Part shown: piece after piece, positions 26,548 through 36,409 of the stretch
Layout: the number at the start of each line of letters is the position of its first letter
Position numbering within the stretch: the stretch's first letter is position 1
Origin: a virus
Taxonomy: Duplodnaviria; Caudoviricetes
DNA length: 58,316 bases
Virus record (IMG/VR): IMGVR_UViG_3300043449_000381
Location: 1-58,316 of that record
Direction: 5' to 3' (one strand)
Translations under genes and position numbers: made by a program
The notes under the pieces: model-generated
Seen by the model: only the letters and a program-made list of their open reading frames with translations
Databases searched by the model: none
Told to the model about the DNA's origin: nothing

Positions 26548-27204
26548 ATGTCTTCGATTGTTGTTTCAGGCGACACCAGCGGTGCAATCACTATTGCTGC
26601 TCCAGCGGTGTCTGGCACTAACACGCTGACGCTTCCTGCGGCTACGGATACGCTTGTCGGTAAAGCCACTACGGATACGCTGACCAATAAAAGTATTGTT
26701 GCCACGCAATTAACCGGAACGATTGCGGCGGCAAGGCTCCCCGCCGGATCAGTTTTGCAAGTTGTTAGCGCAACATTGACATCAACGGTTTCATTGTCAG
26801 GCGCGGCCTATCAAGATGTTACGGGGTTATCGGTTTCAATAACTCCAATAAGCGCATCAAACAAAGTCCTTGTATTTGGATTTTTTAATGGCGCGTCAGC
26901 TGATATTTCTTATTTTAGACTTGTTCGTGGCTCTACTGCGATTTGTATTGGAGATGCTGCTGGGACTAGAGTGCAAGCTACTGGAGGTGGTTGGGGTACG
27001 GGTAGTAACGGGACATGGGACCCAGCCACTTTGCCTTTTTCATTTTTAGATAGCCCAGCAACTACGTCAGCAACAACTTACAAATTGCAATTAGGCGCAA
27101 ACTCTGCAATTGCTTACTATGTCAATAGAGGTCCAAATGATGCTGATAGTGCAAATTCTGGCCGATCTGCTTCGACAATAACTGTGATGGAGATTGCGGG
27201 ATGA
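26548..27204 (+). CDS. tail fibre/receptor-binding subunit
   Basis: TLTLP, TLTNK, GSVLQVV...DSPATTSATTYK...STITVMEIAG fibre-tip pattern. Confidence 0.65.
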   Translation: MSSIVVSGDTSGAITIAAPAVSGTNTLTLPAATDTLVGKATTDTLTNKSIVATQLTGTIAAARLPAGSVLQVVSATLTSTVSLSGAAYQDVTGLSVSITPISASNKVLVFGFFNGASADISYFRLVRGSTAICIGDAAGTRVQATGGGWGTGSNGTWDPATLPFSFLDSPATTSATTYKLQLGANSAIAYYVNRGPNDADSANSGRSASTITVMEIAG

Positions 27205-27509
27205 TTAACTACTCTTTGATTCTTACAACTAATTACAGCGGTAAGCAATGGTTGCTGACCGGAAATTCATACGAAGGTCTTGAATGGCGCGACGAATCTG
27301 CAAAGCCAACGCAAGCAGAACTTGATTCGCAATGGGATGCTATTCAAACAAACGTGAATCAAAACAAATACAAACAACAACGTGCTGCCGAATACCCTGA
27401 TGTTAGAGATTATCTTGATGGCATAGTCAAAGGTGACCAAGCACAAGTGCAAGCGTACATTGACGCATGCCTTGCTGTTAAAGCCAAGTACCCGAAAGGA
27501 TCAGCATGA
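27201..27509 (+). CDS. putative fibre assembly chaperone
   Basis: KPTQAEL...YKQQRAAEYP...VKAKYPK; follows a fibre gene. Confidence 0.55.
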   Translation: MINYSLILTTNYSGKQWLLTGNSYEGLEWRDESAKPTQAELDSQWDAIQTNVNQNKYKQQRAAEYPDVRDYLDGIVKGDQAQVQAYIDACLAVKAKYPKGSA

Positions 27510-28255
27510 GTACCATATCCGCAGGAACCACATCTGGAACTACGCTGGTCGCCACAGGCGATACGGCTGGTACGCTCGTCTTCAAGACCAACGACACCGG
27601 GTCTGGTGGCACGACTGCCATGACCATTAATACCTCACAAAACGTGGGGATTGGCACGAGTTCGCCATCAAGTCCTTTAAATGTTGTATCTGCCTCGTCA
27701 AGTTTAGCAATAGCCATCAATGGGCGTTCTTCAGACGGCTTGGGGGCTATGTATTTTTATGCGAATAATGGGTCTACTCAATACGCAACAATAACAACAT
27801 CTGCAACTGAATTTAGATTGTCTTCTGTTCCAGCCGCCGCTGTTCAAACTTTTTACACCAATGGCGCAGAACGTATGCGTATCGACTCCTCCGGTGTGCT
27901 GTCGTTTAACTCAGGCTATGGCTCAGTTGCTGCGGCTTACGGTTGCAGGGCGTGGGTAAACTTTAATGGCACGGGAACAGTTGCTATCCGAGCAAGTGCA
28001 AACGTATCTAGCATTACTGATAATGGCACTGGTGACTACACAATCAATTTGACAACTGCAATGCCTGACATAAATTACAACGTCATTGGCAATGCTTCAA
28101 ATGGTACAAACTGGACATATGGGCCAGCACCATTTATATCATCGCCATCATTGGCAGAAGTTGCGCCAACTACGTCAGCGGTTCGTTTGGTTGTTGGAAG
28201 CAACGCGGGGTCTTTTCTTGATGCCAAGTATGTTTGTTATGCAATATTCCGCTAA
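27506..28255 (+). CDS. tail fibre subunit
   Basis: NVGIGTSSP, ERMRIDSSG, RAWVNFNG, NVSSITDNGTGDY motifs. Confidence 0.7.
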   Translation: MSTISAGTTSGTTLVATGDTAGTLVFKTNDTGSGGTTAMTINTSQNVGIGTSSPSSPLNVVSASSSLAIAINGRSSDGLGAMYFYANNGSTQYATITTSATEFRLSSVPAAAVQTFYTNGAERMRIDSSGVLSFNSGYGSVAAAYGCRAWVNFNGTGTVAIRASANVSSITDNGTGDYTINLTTAMPDINYNVIGNASNGTNWTYGPAPFISSPSLAEVAPTTSAVRLVVGSNAGSFLDAKYVCYAIFR

Positions 28256-28264
28256 AGGACAACC

Positions 28265-28453
28265 ATGAACCAACGAATTATTTACCCGACTGATGACGGT
28301 GTTGCCATCATTATTCCTACGCTTGAGTGCGGCCTGAGCATCGAAGAGATTGCAGCCAAAGACGTACCTGCTGGCAAACCATTCAAGATTGTGGATGTGG
28401 CTGACATTCCAACTGACAGGACATTTCGTAACGCATGGGAGTACGCAGAATGA
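28265..28453 (+). CDS. putative fibre assembly protein
   Basis: IAAKDVP...IPTDRTFRNAW. Confidence 0.55.
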   Translation: MNQRIIYPTDDGVAIIIPTLECGLSIEEIAAKDVPAGKPFKIVDVADIPTDRTFRNAWEYAE

Positions 28454-28677
28454 TTACGATCAATTTTGACAAAGCAAAGGCGATCACTAAAGATCGACTT
28501 CGTGCTGAACGTGCGCCACTACTAGCAGCGCAGGATGTTGCATATCAACGCGCTTTAGAGGCTAGTGCAGATACTTCTGCAATCGTGGCTGAAAAGCAAA
28601 GGTTGCGTGATGTAACGCAGCTTGCAGACGCAGCGACATCTCTTGATGAACTTAAAACATTGAAGGTGCAAGCATGA
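28450..28677 (+). CDS. putative fibre assembly chaperone
   Basis: LRAERAPLL...KQRLRD; start reassigned to ATG 28450. Confidence 0.55.
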   Translation: MITINFDKAKAITKDRLRAERAPLLAAQDVAYQRALEASADTSAIVAEKQRLRDVTQLADAATSLDELKTLKVQA

Positions 28678-28835
28678 CAAACAGAATCGAAGTAAACGTG
28701 CAAACCGGCTTAGTGACTACGATTGAATACACCGCTGAAGAACAAGCTACCCATGACGCTGCTGTCGCACAGCAAGAAGCCGATGCACTAGCACTCGCAC
28801 AGCAAGCACCCGCTGAACAAGGAACGCAATCATGA
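28674..28835 (+). CDS. small hypothetical protein
   Basis: Manual translation MTNRIEVNVQTGLVTTIEYTAEE...; ATGA overlaps on both sides. Confidence 0.65.
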   Translation: MTNRIEVNVQTGLVTTIEYTAEEQATHDAAVAQQEADALALAQQAPAEQGTQS

Positions 28836-29506
28836 CAATGACTCTTGACGGTAGCGCGGGCACTACTTTCCCCGCAGGTGGCGTTGGCAATCCTACGAGT
28901 ACGGTTGTCGGCATTTCTGATACTCAGACGCTGACTAACAAGACGTTGACTAGCCCGACGATCAGCAGTCCGACGATCAGCAGCCCGACCATTAGCGGCA
29001 CTCCGGTGATGAGCGCAACTTTGCTCACTTCTGGAACTGCGGTTGCATCTACTAGCGGCACAAGCATAGATTTTACTGGGCTACCGTCGTGGGTAAAAAG
29101 AATTGTTGTAATGTTTAACGCCGTCAGTCTTAGTGGTAATTCGACATTCAGAATTCAACTTGGTACTGGTGCAACTCCGACCTACACTACTTCGGGGTAT
29201 GTAACTTTTGGCGTTACGTTTTCAGCTTCGGGACTTGGCGCAGGAACAGATACGGGTGGCTTTCCAATAGGACAAAACCAAACGGCGGCTGGAGTTACCA
29301 CTTACGGCGGTAATTGCATGATTACAAACGTAACTGGAAACACTTGGTCTTACATGGCTATGTGCGGCGGCTCATCTGTTACAAACGGTGGTCTGCTTGG
29401 AGGTGGATCAGTTCCTCTTGGCGCAGTTCTAACGGCTGTTAGGGTAACAACCATTAACGGCACAGATACTTTTGATGCTGGCTCTATCAACATTCAATAC
29501 GAGTGA
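28832..29506 (+). CDS. tail fibre subunit
   Basis: TQTLTNKTL, (SPTIS)x3, IDFTGLPSWVKRI...FDAGSINIQYE. Confidence 0.65.
   Translation: MTMTLDGSAGTTFPAGGVGNPTSTVVGISDTQTLTNKTLTSPTISSPTISSPTISGTPVMSATLLTSGTAVASTSGTSIDFTGLPSWVKRIVVMFNAVSLSGNSTFRIQLGTGATPTYTTSGYVTFGVTFSASGLGAGTDTGGFPIGQNQTAAGVTTYGGNCMITNVTGNTWSYMAMCGGSSVTNGGLLGGGSVPLGAVLTAVRVTTINGTDTFDAGSINIQYE
28952..28996 (+). repeat. 3 x 15-bp in-frame tandem repeat (SPTIS-like)
   Basis: agcccgacgatcagc / agtccgacgatcagc / agcccgaccattagc. Confidence 0.85.
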
Positions 29507-29508
29507 TT

Positions 29509-29667
29509 ATGGAACCTGATCTGGAAGCAAAGTTTATGACGCATGAGGCGGTCTGCGCCGAACGCTGGAAAGAAACCATCCTTCGTATCAAACGAATAGA
29601 GTCAATAGGTCTTTCCTGTGCTGGCGCGATCATCTTGTTGTTGCTGCATCTGGTGACTAAGTCATGA
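29509..29667 (+). CDS. small coiled-coil plus single-TM protein (lysis region)
   Basis: Manual translation MEPDLEAKFMTHEAVCAERW...GAIILLLLHLVTKS. Confidence 0.65.
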   Translation: MEPDLEAKFMTHEAVCAERWKETILRIKRIESIGLSCAGAIILLLLHLVTKS

Positions 29668-29933
29668 ACTGGCAAGATGTAATGAAGGCCGTGATACCCA
29701 TCGTGGTGGCTGCGCTTGCGTGGTTGCTGGGTCAGGTATCCGAGTTTTCAACGCGACTGACAAAAATTGAAGGGTCAATGCCAGCTCTGATCACGCCAGC
29801 TGGAACGCCTACTGACAGTCCTTTATCTGCCGAAGCTCGGCACAAGTTGAAGGAGGAACTTTACAAGGACATCCATGACCTGCAAGTGCGGGTCAAACTG
29901 ATGGAAGAACGCGCGAGGATTTATGCGAAATGA
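29664..29933 (+). CDS. N-terminal TM protein (lysis region)
   Basis: AVIPIVVAALAWLL followed by a coiled coil. Confidence 0.65.
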   Translation: MNWQDVMKAVIPIVVAALAWLLGQVSEFSTRLTKIEGSMPALITPAGTPTDSPLSAEARHKLKEELYKDIHDLQVRVKLMEERARIYAK

Positions 29934-30463
29934 TAGACCCGATTACCATTGGAGCCGCATTTGCCCTAGCTAAGACGTCCGTTGGCTTCGTCAAGGAAGC
30001 CATCAATCTTGGCCATGAAATCAAGGACTGTTATGACGATCTGTCAAAGTTCTTTAAGGCGCAGGGTCAGATAGAAAAAGCAGCAAAAGAAGTAGAAGTA
30101 CTCAAGTCTCAACCAAAGTCGGAAGACCCGAAAGAGGCTGCAAAGCAAGAGTCTGCACTAAGCCAAGCATTCACCATCGTGATGCAGCGCAAGCAGATGA
30201 AGGAGTTTGAGCGCGAGTTGCGCGACATGTTTACGCTCAAGGGCGAATTGGATTTGTACCACGAACTATGCGCTGAACGTAACCGCATAGCAGGTGAGCA
30301 GGACGAGGCACACAGAGAAGCAATACGCAAGGCAAGGCTGGCAAAGGATAGGGCGGAAAGAAAGAAGCAGGAGCAGGAAGAGCTGCTGATGACCGTGGGT
30401 ATTTTTGTGGTTCTCGGCATCGGCGGCATCATCATTTTTGTAGCAACTTACGTCAGGATTTGA
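29930..30463 (+). CDS. coiled-coil protein with C-terminal TM
   Basis: MIDPITIGAAF start, C-terminal hydrophobic helix. Confidence 0.65.
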   Translation: MIDPITIGAAFALAKTSVGFVKEAINLGHEIKDCYDDLSKFFKAQGQIEKAAKEVEVLKSQPKSEDPKEAAKQESALSQAFTIVMQRKQMKEFERELRDMFTLKGELDLYHELCAERNRIAGEQDEAHREAIRKARLAKDRAERKKQEQEELLMTVGIFVVLGIGGIIIFVATYVRI

Positions 30464-30464
30464 C

Positions 30465-30857
30465 ATGTTCCCACTCGGCGCAATACTCGATATCGGTAGC
30501 AAGATTCTTGACAAAGTGTTCCCAGACCCAGCGGCGGCAGAAGCAGCCAAGCTGAAATTGCTGGAAATGCAACAGAACGGTGAGTTGGCGCTGTTGAATG
30601 CTGAGGTAAGTGAACAGCACGAACTGACTGACAGGCTGAAGGCCGACATGGGTTCTGACTCGTGGATGTCTAAGAACATCCGCCCGATGACTCTGGTCTT
30701 CATCCTTGTTACTTACACCGTGTTCGGGATGATGTCGGCGTGGGATATCGAAGTGAACAAGGAGTACGTGCAGTTGCTGGGTCAGTGGGGCATGCTGATC
30801 ATGAGCTTTTATTTCGGCGGACGCACCCTTGAGAAGATCATGGGAGTCAAGAAATGA
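30465..30857 (+). CDS. putative holin (3TM, GTA-type holin-like)
   Basis: DSWMSKNIRP, two hydrophobic helices, FYFGGR; directly before the endolysin. Confidence 0.7.
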   Translation: MFPLGAILDIGSKILDKVFPDPAAAEAAKLKLLEMQQNGELALLNAEVSEQHELTDRLKADMGSDSWMSKNIRPMTLVFILVTYTVFGMMSAWDIEVNKEYVQLLGQWGMLIMSFYFGGRTLEKIMGVKK

Positions 30858-31366
30858 AAGAGAACTTTGAGAAGGCGCTGGCCGCAGTTCTGCACCATGA
30901 AGGCGGCTTCGTGAACCATCCGGCTGATCCGGGCGGCATGACCAACCTTGGCTGCACCAAGAAGGTTTGGGAAGAATTCGTTGGGCATCCTGTGGATGAG
31001 AAAGCAATGCGGGCGTTGACCCCGGCGGATGTAGCGCCCCTGTACAAACGTGCGTACTGGGACAAAATCAAAGGCGACGATCTTCCTGCTGGAGTAGACT
31101 ATGCTGTTTTTGACGCATCCATTAATTCCGGTCCCGGTCGGGCTGCGAAGTGGCTTCAAGAGTGTGTCGGGGCAACGCCAGACGGGGCAATCGGTCCCGG
31201 TACTTTGCAAGCTGTTGCAGCCCACGATCCAGCTGAAATCATCGATCTGTACCAAGCCAAACGGCTCCGGGTCTTGAAGGCGCTGACCACTTGGGATACC
31301 TTCGGTAAGGGTTGGGAGCGTCGTGTGCTTGAGGTCGAGAAGGCCGCAGAAACCATGCTGGCGTAA
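30854..31366 (+). CDS. endolysin, glycoside hydrolase family 108 with peptidoglycan-binding domain
   Basis: HEGGFVNHPADPGGMTNLG, FDASINSG, DGAIGPGT, FGKGWERR. Confidence 0.9.
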   Translation: MKENFEKALAAVLHHEGGFVNHPADPGGMTNLGCTKKVWEEFVGHPVDEKAMRALTPADVAPLYKRAYWDKIKGDDLPAGVDYAVFDASINSGPGRAAKWLQECVGATPDGAIGPGTLQAVAAHDPAEIIDLYQAKRLRVLKALTTWDTFGKGWERRVLEVEKAAETMLA

Positions 31367-31375
31367 GGAAAAGCT

Positions 31376-33481
31376 ATGCCGTTGCAAAAACTACAGTTTC
31401 GACCGGGCATCAACCGTGAGGGTACAAACTACTCCAACGAGGGCGGCTGGTACGCTTCGGACAAGATTCGGTTTCGTTCCGGCTACCCGGAGAAATTAGG
31501 CGGTTGGACCAACATCACTTCTTCAGGAAGCACCTACTACGGTATGGCGCGTATCCTGTGGAACTGGGCAACCAACGCCGGAGCCAACCTAATTGGCCTT
31601 GGCACTTCTCAGAAGCTGTACGTCTACGGCACTCCAACCTACCACGACATTACTCCACTGCGTGAAACTCAGGCGCTGACAAACCCGTTTGCAACGACTA
31701 ATGGCAGCAAACTTGTTACGGTTACCGATACCACGCATGGCGCAAATGCCGGGACGTATGTCAATTTTACTGGCGCTTCCGCTGTTGGTGGGCTGACGCT
31801 AAATGGCGACTTTCAAATCCTTACCACTACTGCCAACACTTACACTATCTCCAGCCCAACCGCAGCCACCAGCACCGTTGCTTCCGGCGGTGGGTCAGTC
31901 ACTGCCGAGTACGACATTAACGTAACTGATGTAGCTGCCTATACGACAGGTTGGGGTGACCCGCCTTGGGGTCAGAGCGTTTGGGGTGGAGGTATTGCAA
32001 CCGTTCTTGGGCCAAGTATGAAGTTGTGGTCTATCGACAATTACGGCCAAGACATGCTTGCAGCTCCAAGAAACGGAGCTATTTACTACTGGACTCAAAA
32101 TACATCGACTTGGGCTAGGGCGGTAACGCTTACCAGTCTTGCTACTACAGCCGATGCGGTTAAAGGGCCGTTTGTCCCAACACAAACGTATCAAATATTG
32201 ACCTCGGGCATTAGCCGTTTTGCTATTGCTATGGGTTCAAATTCGTACGACCCCAGCAGCTCTAGCACCACATTTGACCCGATGCTGGTTCGGTGGTCTG
32301 ATCAAGAGAACGCCTACGACTGGGTTCCCAGCGCAACCAACCAAGCAGGTGAGCAACGTCTATCTAATGGCTCCTACATCATGACTGCCCGTGCCTCACG
32401 GCAGGAAATACTGATCTGGACTGACGCAGCGTTTTTTAGCATGCAGTACCTTGGACCGCCATACGTCTGGGGCTTTAACTTGCTCATGGATAACACATCC
32501 ATTGCAAGCCCAGAGGCAGCGATCACAGTCAATAACATCACGTTCTGGATGGGTGTAGATAAATTCTACATGTACTCTGGTAGGGTAGAGACGCTACCCT
32601 GCGCCCTGCGTCAATACGTATTCAACAATATCAACCGCTCATTACTTGGGATAGTTGTGGCCGGGACAAACGAAGGTTTCAACGAAGTCTGGTGGCACTA
32701 CCCGTCGTTCAATAGCCAGTACAACGACAGCTATGTTATCTATAACTACCTTGAGCGTATCTGGTACTACGGCTCGTTGAGCCGCGCTACTTGGCTTGAT
32801 AGCCCATTGCAGGAATACCCGATGGGTGCGTTCAGCGTTCAGAATTCCTATCTGAACCAAGCCATGACCGCTACGCAAACAACCATTATTTTGTTGGATG
32901 CCTCGACCTACCCACTATCTGGAACGGTAACTATAGACTCAGAGCAGATTACCTATACCAGCGTGTCTGGCAACACTTTGATGGGCTGTGTTCGTGGCGT
33001 CAACAGCACCACTGCGGCAACGCATCTTGCGTACTCTGCTGTAACTTACAAAGTGCCAAATCAAATTATGTACCACGAGTACGGCGTTGACGATAACTCC
33101 GGCTCTGCGCCTGTAGCTATTGATGCCTACATTCAATCGTCTGACTTTGACATTGGCGATGGGCATAACTTTGGTTTTGTGTGGCGCGTTTTGCCTGACT
33201 TGACGTTTAATGGCTCAGTTTCAGATCAACCGATGGCAACAATGGTCTTGAAACCCCGCGTTAACTCAGGGACTGCGTACGGCGCACCTGATCCAAGCGA
33301 TATTCAAAGCGGCGATAACTTTGTAACGCAACGGTACTATAACGTCGAGACGTTCACTGGTCAGGTCTACACCCGTCTGCGCGGTAGGCAGATGGCGTTC
33401 CGGATTGAGTCCGATACTACCGGCGTGAACTGGCAGCTGGGTACGCCAAGAATCGACATCAGACCTGATGGCAGACGTTGA
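31376..33481 (+). CDS. tail nozzle/head-stabilisation protein (P22 gp10 / T7 gp12-like)
   Basis: MPLQKLQFRPGINRE start, VRWSDQE, beta-propeller-like W/Y pattern, ends DGRR. Confidence 0.7.
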   Translation: MPLQKLQFRPGINREGTNYSNEGGWYASDKIRFRSGYPEKLGGWTNITSSGSTYYGMARILWNWATNAGANLIGLGTSQKLYVYGTPTYHDITPLRETQALTNPFATTNGSKLVTVTDTTHGANAGTYVNFTGASAVGGLTLNGDFQILTTTANTYTISSPTAATSTVASGGGSVTAEYDINVTDVAAYTTGWGDPPWGQSVWGGGIATVLGPSMKLWSIDNYGQDMLAAPRNGAIYYWTQNTSTWARAVTLTSLATTADAVKGPFVPTQTYQILTSGISRFAIAMGSNSYDPSSSSTTFDPMLVRWSDQENAYDWVPSATNQAGEQRLSNGSYIMTARASRQEILIWTDAAFFSMQYLGPPYVWGFNLLMDNTSIASPEAAITVNNITFWMGVDKFYMYSGRVETLPCALRQYVFNNINRSLLGIVVAGTNEGFNEVWWHYPSFNSQYNDSYVIYNYLERIWYYGSLSRATWLDSPLQEYPMGAFSVQNSYLNQAMTATQTTIILLDASTYPLSGTVTIDSEQITYTSVSGNTLMGCVRGVNSTTAATHLAYSAVTYKVPNQIMYHEYGVDDNSGSAPVAIDAYIQSSDFDIGDGHNFGFVWRVLPDLTFNGSVSDQPMATMVLKPRVNSGTAYGAPDPSDIQSGDNFVTQRYYNVETFTGQVYTRLRGRQMAFRIESDTTGVNWQLGTPRIDIRPDGRR

Positions 33482-33484
33482 CCT

Positions 33485-34366
33485 ATGGCAACCATCATCA
33501 CCAACTATCTTCGACCGCCAAAGGCTCCTAACCTTGCGGTGGCAACGACTGAGTACGAACAGCGCTATCAAGATCAGCTGAACAACCAGCTGCGTATCTA
33601 CTTCAACGAGCTGGACAACGCACTACGCGGCTTGCTTGGCTCTGATGGTGCGGGCGGTAAATTTATCCGGTTTCCGTACGGTTCATTTCAAGATGGAACA
33701 AGTCAGACTGCTCCCGCAAACACAGCACAGGTCATGCGGTTTGATACAACCAATTACAACAATGTAGTAAGTCTTGGTTCACATACGGCTGTCTTTACCG
33801 GAACGATTGATAACGGCACACCACCCGGTGCTGGCACGGTGCTTACCGTCTCGGCTGTAACTTCTGGCACGATCTACCTTGGCATGACTTTGACCGGCGG
33901 CGCAATCACGGCGGGTACGAAGGTGGTGTCTCAAACCTCTGGTACGGCTGGAGGTGTTGGTGCGTATGTGGTCAGCGTATCGCAAGAAAGAACTAGCCTG
34001 ACAATCACCGGAACCATTCAATCTAAAATTGCGGTGGAGAACCCCGGCATCTATAACCTACAGTTCAACGCACAATTTCAAAACGTAAACGCAGCAGACA
34101 AGATTGCTTCTGTGTGGTTAAAAAAAGTAGGAACGGATGTGGTGGGGTCTAACCGATTTGTGACCGTTCCGTTGGGAACCCAGAATACGGTTGCCGGTTG
34201 GAGTTATATGGTGTCGTTAGACGCTGCCGAATACGTAGAATTGTGGTGGTCAACTAACAGTACGGACATAAGTTTGGCTTTTGCTGCCGCTGGAACTAGC
34301 CCAACCCGACCAACTACCGCATCCGTCATAGCCACGCTGTCCTTTGTGTCAGCGTTACCCGCATGA
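33485..34366 (+). CDS. virion structural protein
   Basis: PNL...Y...QLRIYF N-terminus, C1q/fibre-like C-terminus GIYNLQF...YVELWW. Confidence 0.55.
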   Translation: MATIITNYLRPPKAPNLAVATTEYEQRYQDQLNNQLRIYFNELDNALRGLLGSDGAGGKFIRFPYGSFQDGTSQTAPANTAQVMRFDTTNYNNVVSLGSHTAVFTGTIDNGTPPGAGTVLTVSAVTSGTIYLGMTLTGGAITAGTKVVSQTSGTAGGVGAYVVSVSQERTSLTITGTIQSKIAVENPGIYNLQFNAQFQNVNAADKIASVWLKKVGTDVVGSNRFVTVPLGTQNTVAGWSYMVSLDAAEYVELWWSTNSTDISLAFAAAGTSPTRPTTASVIATLSFVSALPA

Positions 34367-34400
34367 TATTATTGACAAAATTCGCCGTTTGGAGGCTGTT

Positions 34401-36008
34401 ATGCAGCAAGTAGCCCAAGGTTTGGCCTCGCTCGGGCGGGGCAACGACAAGATGCTCGTCCACATGACCCCCGGTGAAGTACGGGGGCTTCAAGGTTTGG
34501 CGATGGCCCACGGCGGCTCCCTCACCATCAACCCGCATACCGGTCTGCCGGAAGCTGGCTTCCTGAGTTCCCTCCTGCCAATGGCGCTGGGTGCTGGTGC
34601 AATGATGATCCCGGGGATGCAGCCTTGGGGCGCGGCTATGTTGGTTGGTGGTGGGTACGCGCTATCTTCGGGCAGTCTTGCGAAGGGTCTGCAAGCTGGT
34701 CTTGGCGCGTATGGCGGTGCGGGTCTGGGCAACGCGCTGGCCGGGTTTGGTGAAGCAGGTTCTGAAAGTATTTTAGCTAATAGTCCTGCTTTGGGTATGG
34801 AACAAGCTGCGCAGCAGCAAGCGCAAGAGCAAGCAATTCGGCAAGCGCAAGAAACAGCAGCCAAACAAGCACTGGAAAGTACGGGTGCGAGCACTGCCGG
34901 ATTTTCTCCCGCCGAAACCCAAATAAATGCTCAAATAGCAGGAAATTACGGGTACACACCCCCCGCATCTATCGCGCCCGTTGCAGCCCCGGTTAATTCC
35001 ACGCCTTTAAACATTGAGGGCGTTGCGGCTGGTGCTTCGCCTACTTATCAGGCTCCAACAATAACGCCAACGAGCCGGTTTGATCAAATGATTTCGGGGG
35101 CACAAAATGCCGTTGCCCGTCCAATGGACTTCCTTCAAACCAAGGGCGTACCGACTGCACTAGCTTCTGCTGCTGCACCGATGGTATCCAACACTCTGTC
35201 AGGAATGATACAACCCCAAGGGATCAAGGGGATTATGCCGCAAGGCACATCGCAACCCAACTTCCCAAATTATGGTTTTCAGCAAACCCGCAATCCGAAC
35301 TGGGGCCAGCCGGGTGAGCCGTATTACATCCAGAGATATGCTTCTATGGCAGCTGGTGGTCAAGTGCCGTCGCCGTCATTGCCGCTCGACCTGAGCCAGA
35401 ACTACCCCGGTTCCAACATTACCAAGTCTTCCTACGCCACCCTGCCTTCAACCCAGCCACAAGAAATAATGGACGGCTACGGCCCAAAGATCAACCCGTT
35501 CACGGGTGCAGAGGGCATGGCGGCTGGCGGGTTAGCTGACTTCAAGATGTACCCGGACAAGAACGAAACAAGCGGTGTTGAAGATTTGTCCCCCACCCAG
35601 CTGGAAGCAGCGGCAGAATCGGATGATCCGACCATGCAAGGTCTGGCGCTCTTGGAGCGGGATCGCCGCAAGGGTTCGGGCACTAAGGGTTACAAGCGCC
35701 GTGAGTTTGCCGAGGGTGGTATGGCTGCGATGCCTGAGTATGCGGCTGGTGGCAAGCTGCTGCGCGGTCCGGGAGACGGTATGTCCGACGACATTCCTGC
35801 CGTGATCAAGGGGGCAAAACCCCAACGCGCCGCGCTGGCCGATGGTGAATTTGTGATTCCGGCTGACGTTGTGTCTCACCTTGGCAACGGCTCGACCGAA
35901 GCAGGTGCAAAACGCTTGTACAGTATGATGGACAAAGTGCGTCACGCGAGAACTGGTAACAAAAAACAAGGTCGTCAAATTAACGCGGAGCGGTTCTTAC
36001 CGGCATGA
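34401..36008 (+). CDS. internal virion/ejection-type protein
   Basis: GRGNDKMLVHMTPGE, TINPHTGLPEA, GPGDGMSDDIPA, LADGEFVIPADVV; GGAGG RBS before ATG 34401; [MFY]AxGG motifs. Confidence 0.65.
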   Translation: MQQVAQGLASLGRGNDKMLVHMTPGEVRGLQGLAMAHGGSLTINPHTGLPEAGFLSSLLPMALGAGAMMIPGMQPWGAAMLVGGGYALSSGSLAKGLQAGLGAYGGAGLGNALAGFGEAGSESILANSPALGMEQAAQQQAQEQAIRQAQETAAKQALESTGASTAGFSPAETQINAQIAGNYGYTPPASIAPVAAPVNSTPLNIEGVAAGASPTYQAPTITPTSRFDQMISGAQNAVARPMDFLQTKGVPTALASAAAPMVSNTLSGMIQPQGIKGIMPQGTSQPNFPNYGFQQTRNPNWGQPGEPYYIQRYASMAAGGQVPSPSLPLDLSQNYPGSNITKSSYATLPSTQPQEIMDGYGPKINPFTGAEGMAAGGLADFKMYPDKNETSGVEDLSPTQLEAAAESDDPTMQGLALLERDRRKGSGTKGYKRREFAEGGMAAMPEYAAGGKLLRGPGDGMSDDIPAVIKGAKPQRAALADGEFVIPADVVSHLGNGSTEAGAKRLYSMMDKVRHARTGNKKQGRQINAERFLPA

Positions 36009-36409
36009 AAATCGAATACGTACCTATCGAATGGGTGAACCGAACTTGGCCTATGGTTGAGAAGTTTGTAGCAGCCGCTTTGGAACATGCTCAGGGCGAC
36101 TACACCATAGAACAAGTAAAGACGTTGGTAACGCAGGGTGCGTGGATGTTGCTGGTTGCAGTAGATGGTAGCGAAATCAAAGGCGCGGCGACGATCAATT
36201 TCTACAACCGCCCAAATGATCGCGTGGGGTTTATCAGCACGATAGGCGGTCGGTTGATCAGTAGCCCGGACACGTTTGAGCAGTTGAAAGCGTTTGCGTT
36301 ATCGCAGGGTGCAACGGTAATCGAAGGTGCTGCACGGGAATCAATTGCAAGACTGTGGACGCGATACGGATTCACAGAAAAATACAGAATTGTGGGAGTC
36401 AAATTATGA
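36005..36409 (+). CDS. GNAT-fold acyltransferase-like protein
   Basis: 134 aa alpha/beta, FISTIGG, EGAARESIARLWTRYGF; position as for T7 gp13-like genes. Confidence 0.5.
   Translation: MKIEYVPIEWVNRTWPMVEKFVAAALEHAQGDYTIEQVKTLVTQGAWMLLVAVDGSEIKGAATINFYNRPNDRVGFISTIGGRLISSPDTFEQLKAFALSQGATVIEGAARESIARLWTRYGFTEKYRIVGVKL

Noticed and set aside
25099-29506. Diversity-generating retroelement acting on fibre tips
   Set aside because: No reverse transcriptase, and no near-identical template/variable repeat pair differing at adenines was seen.
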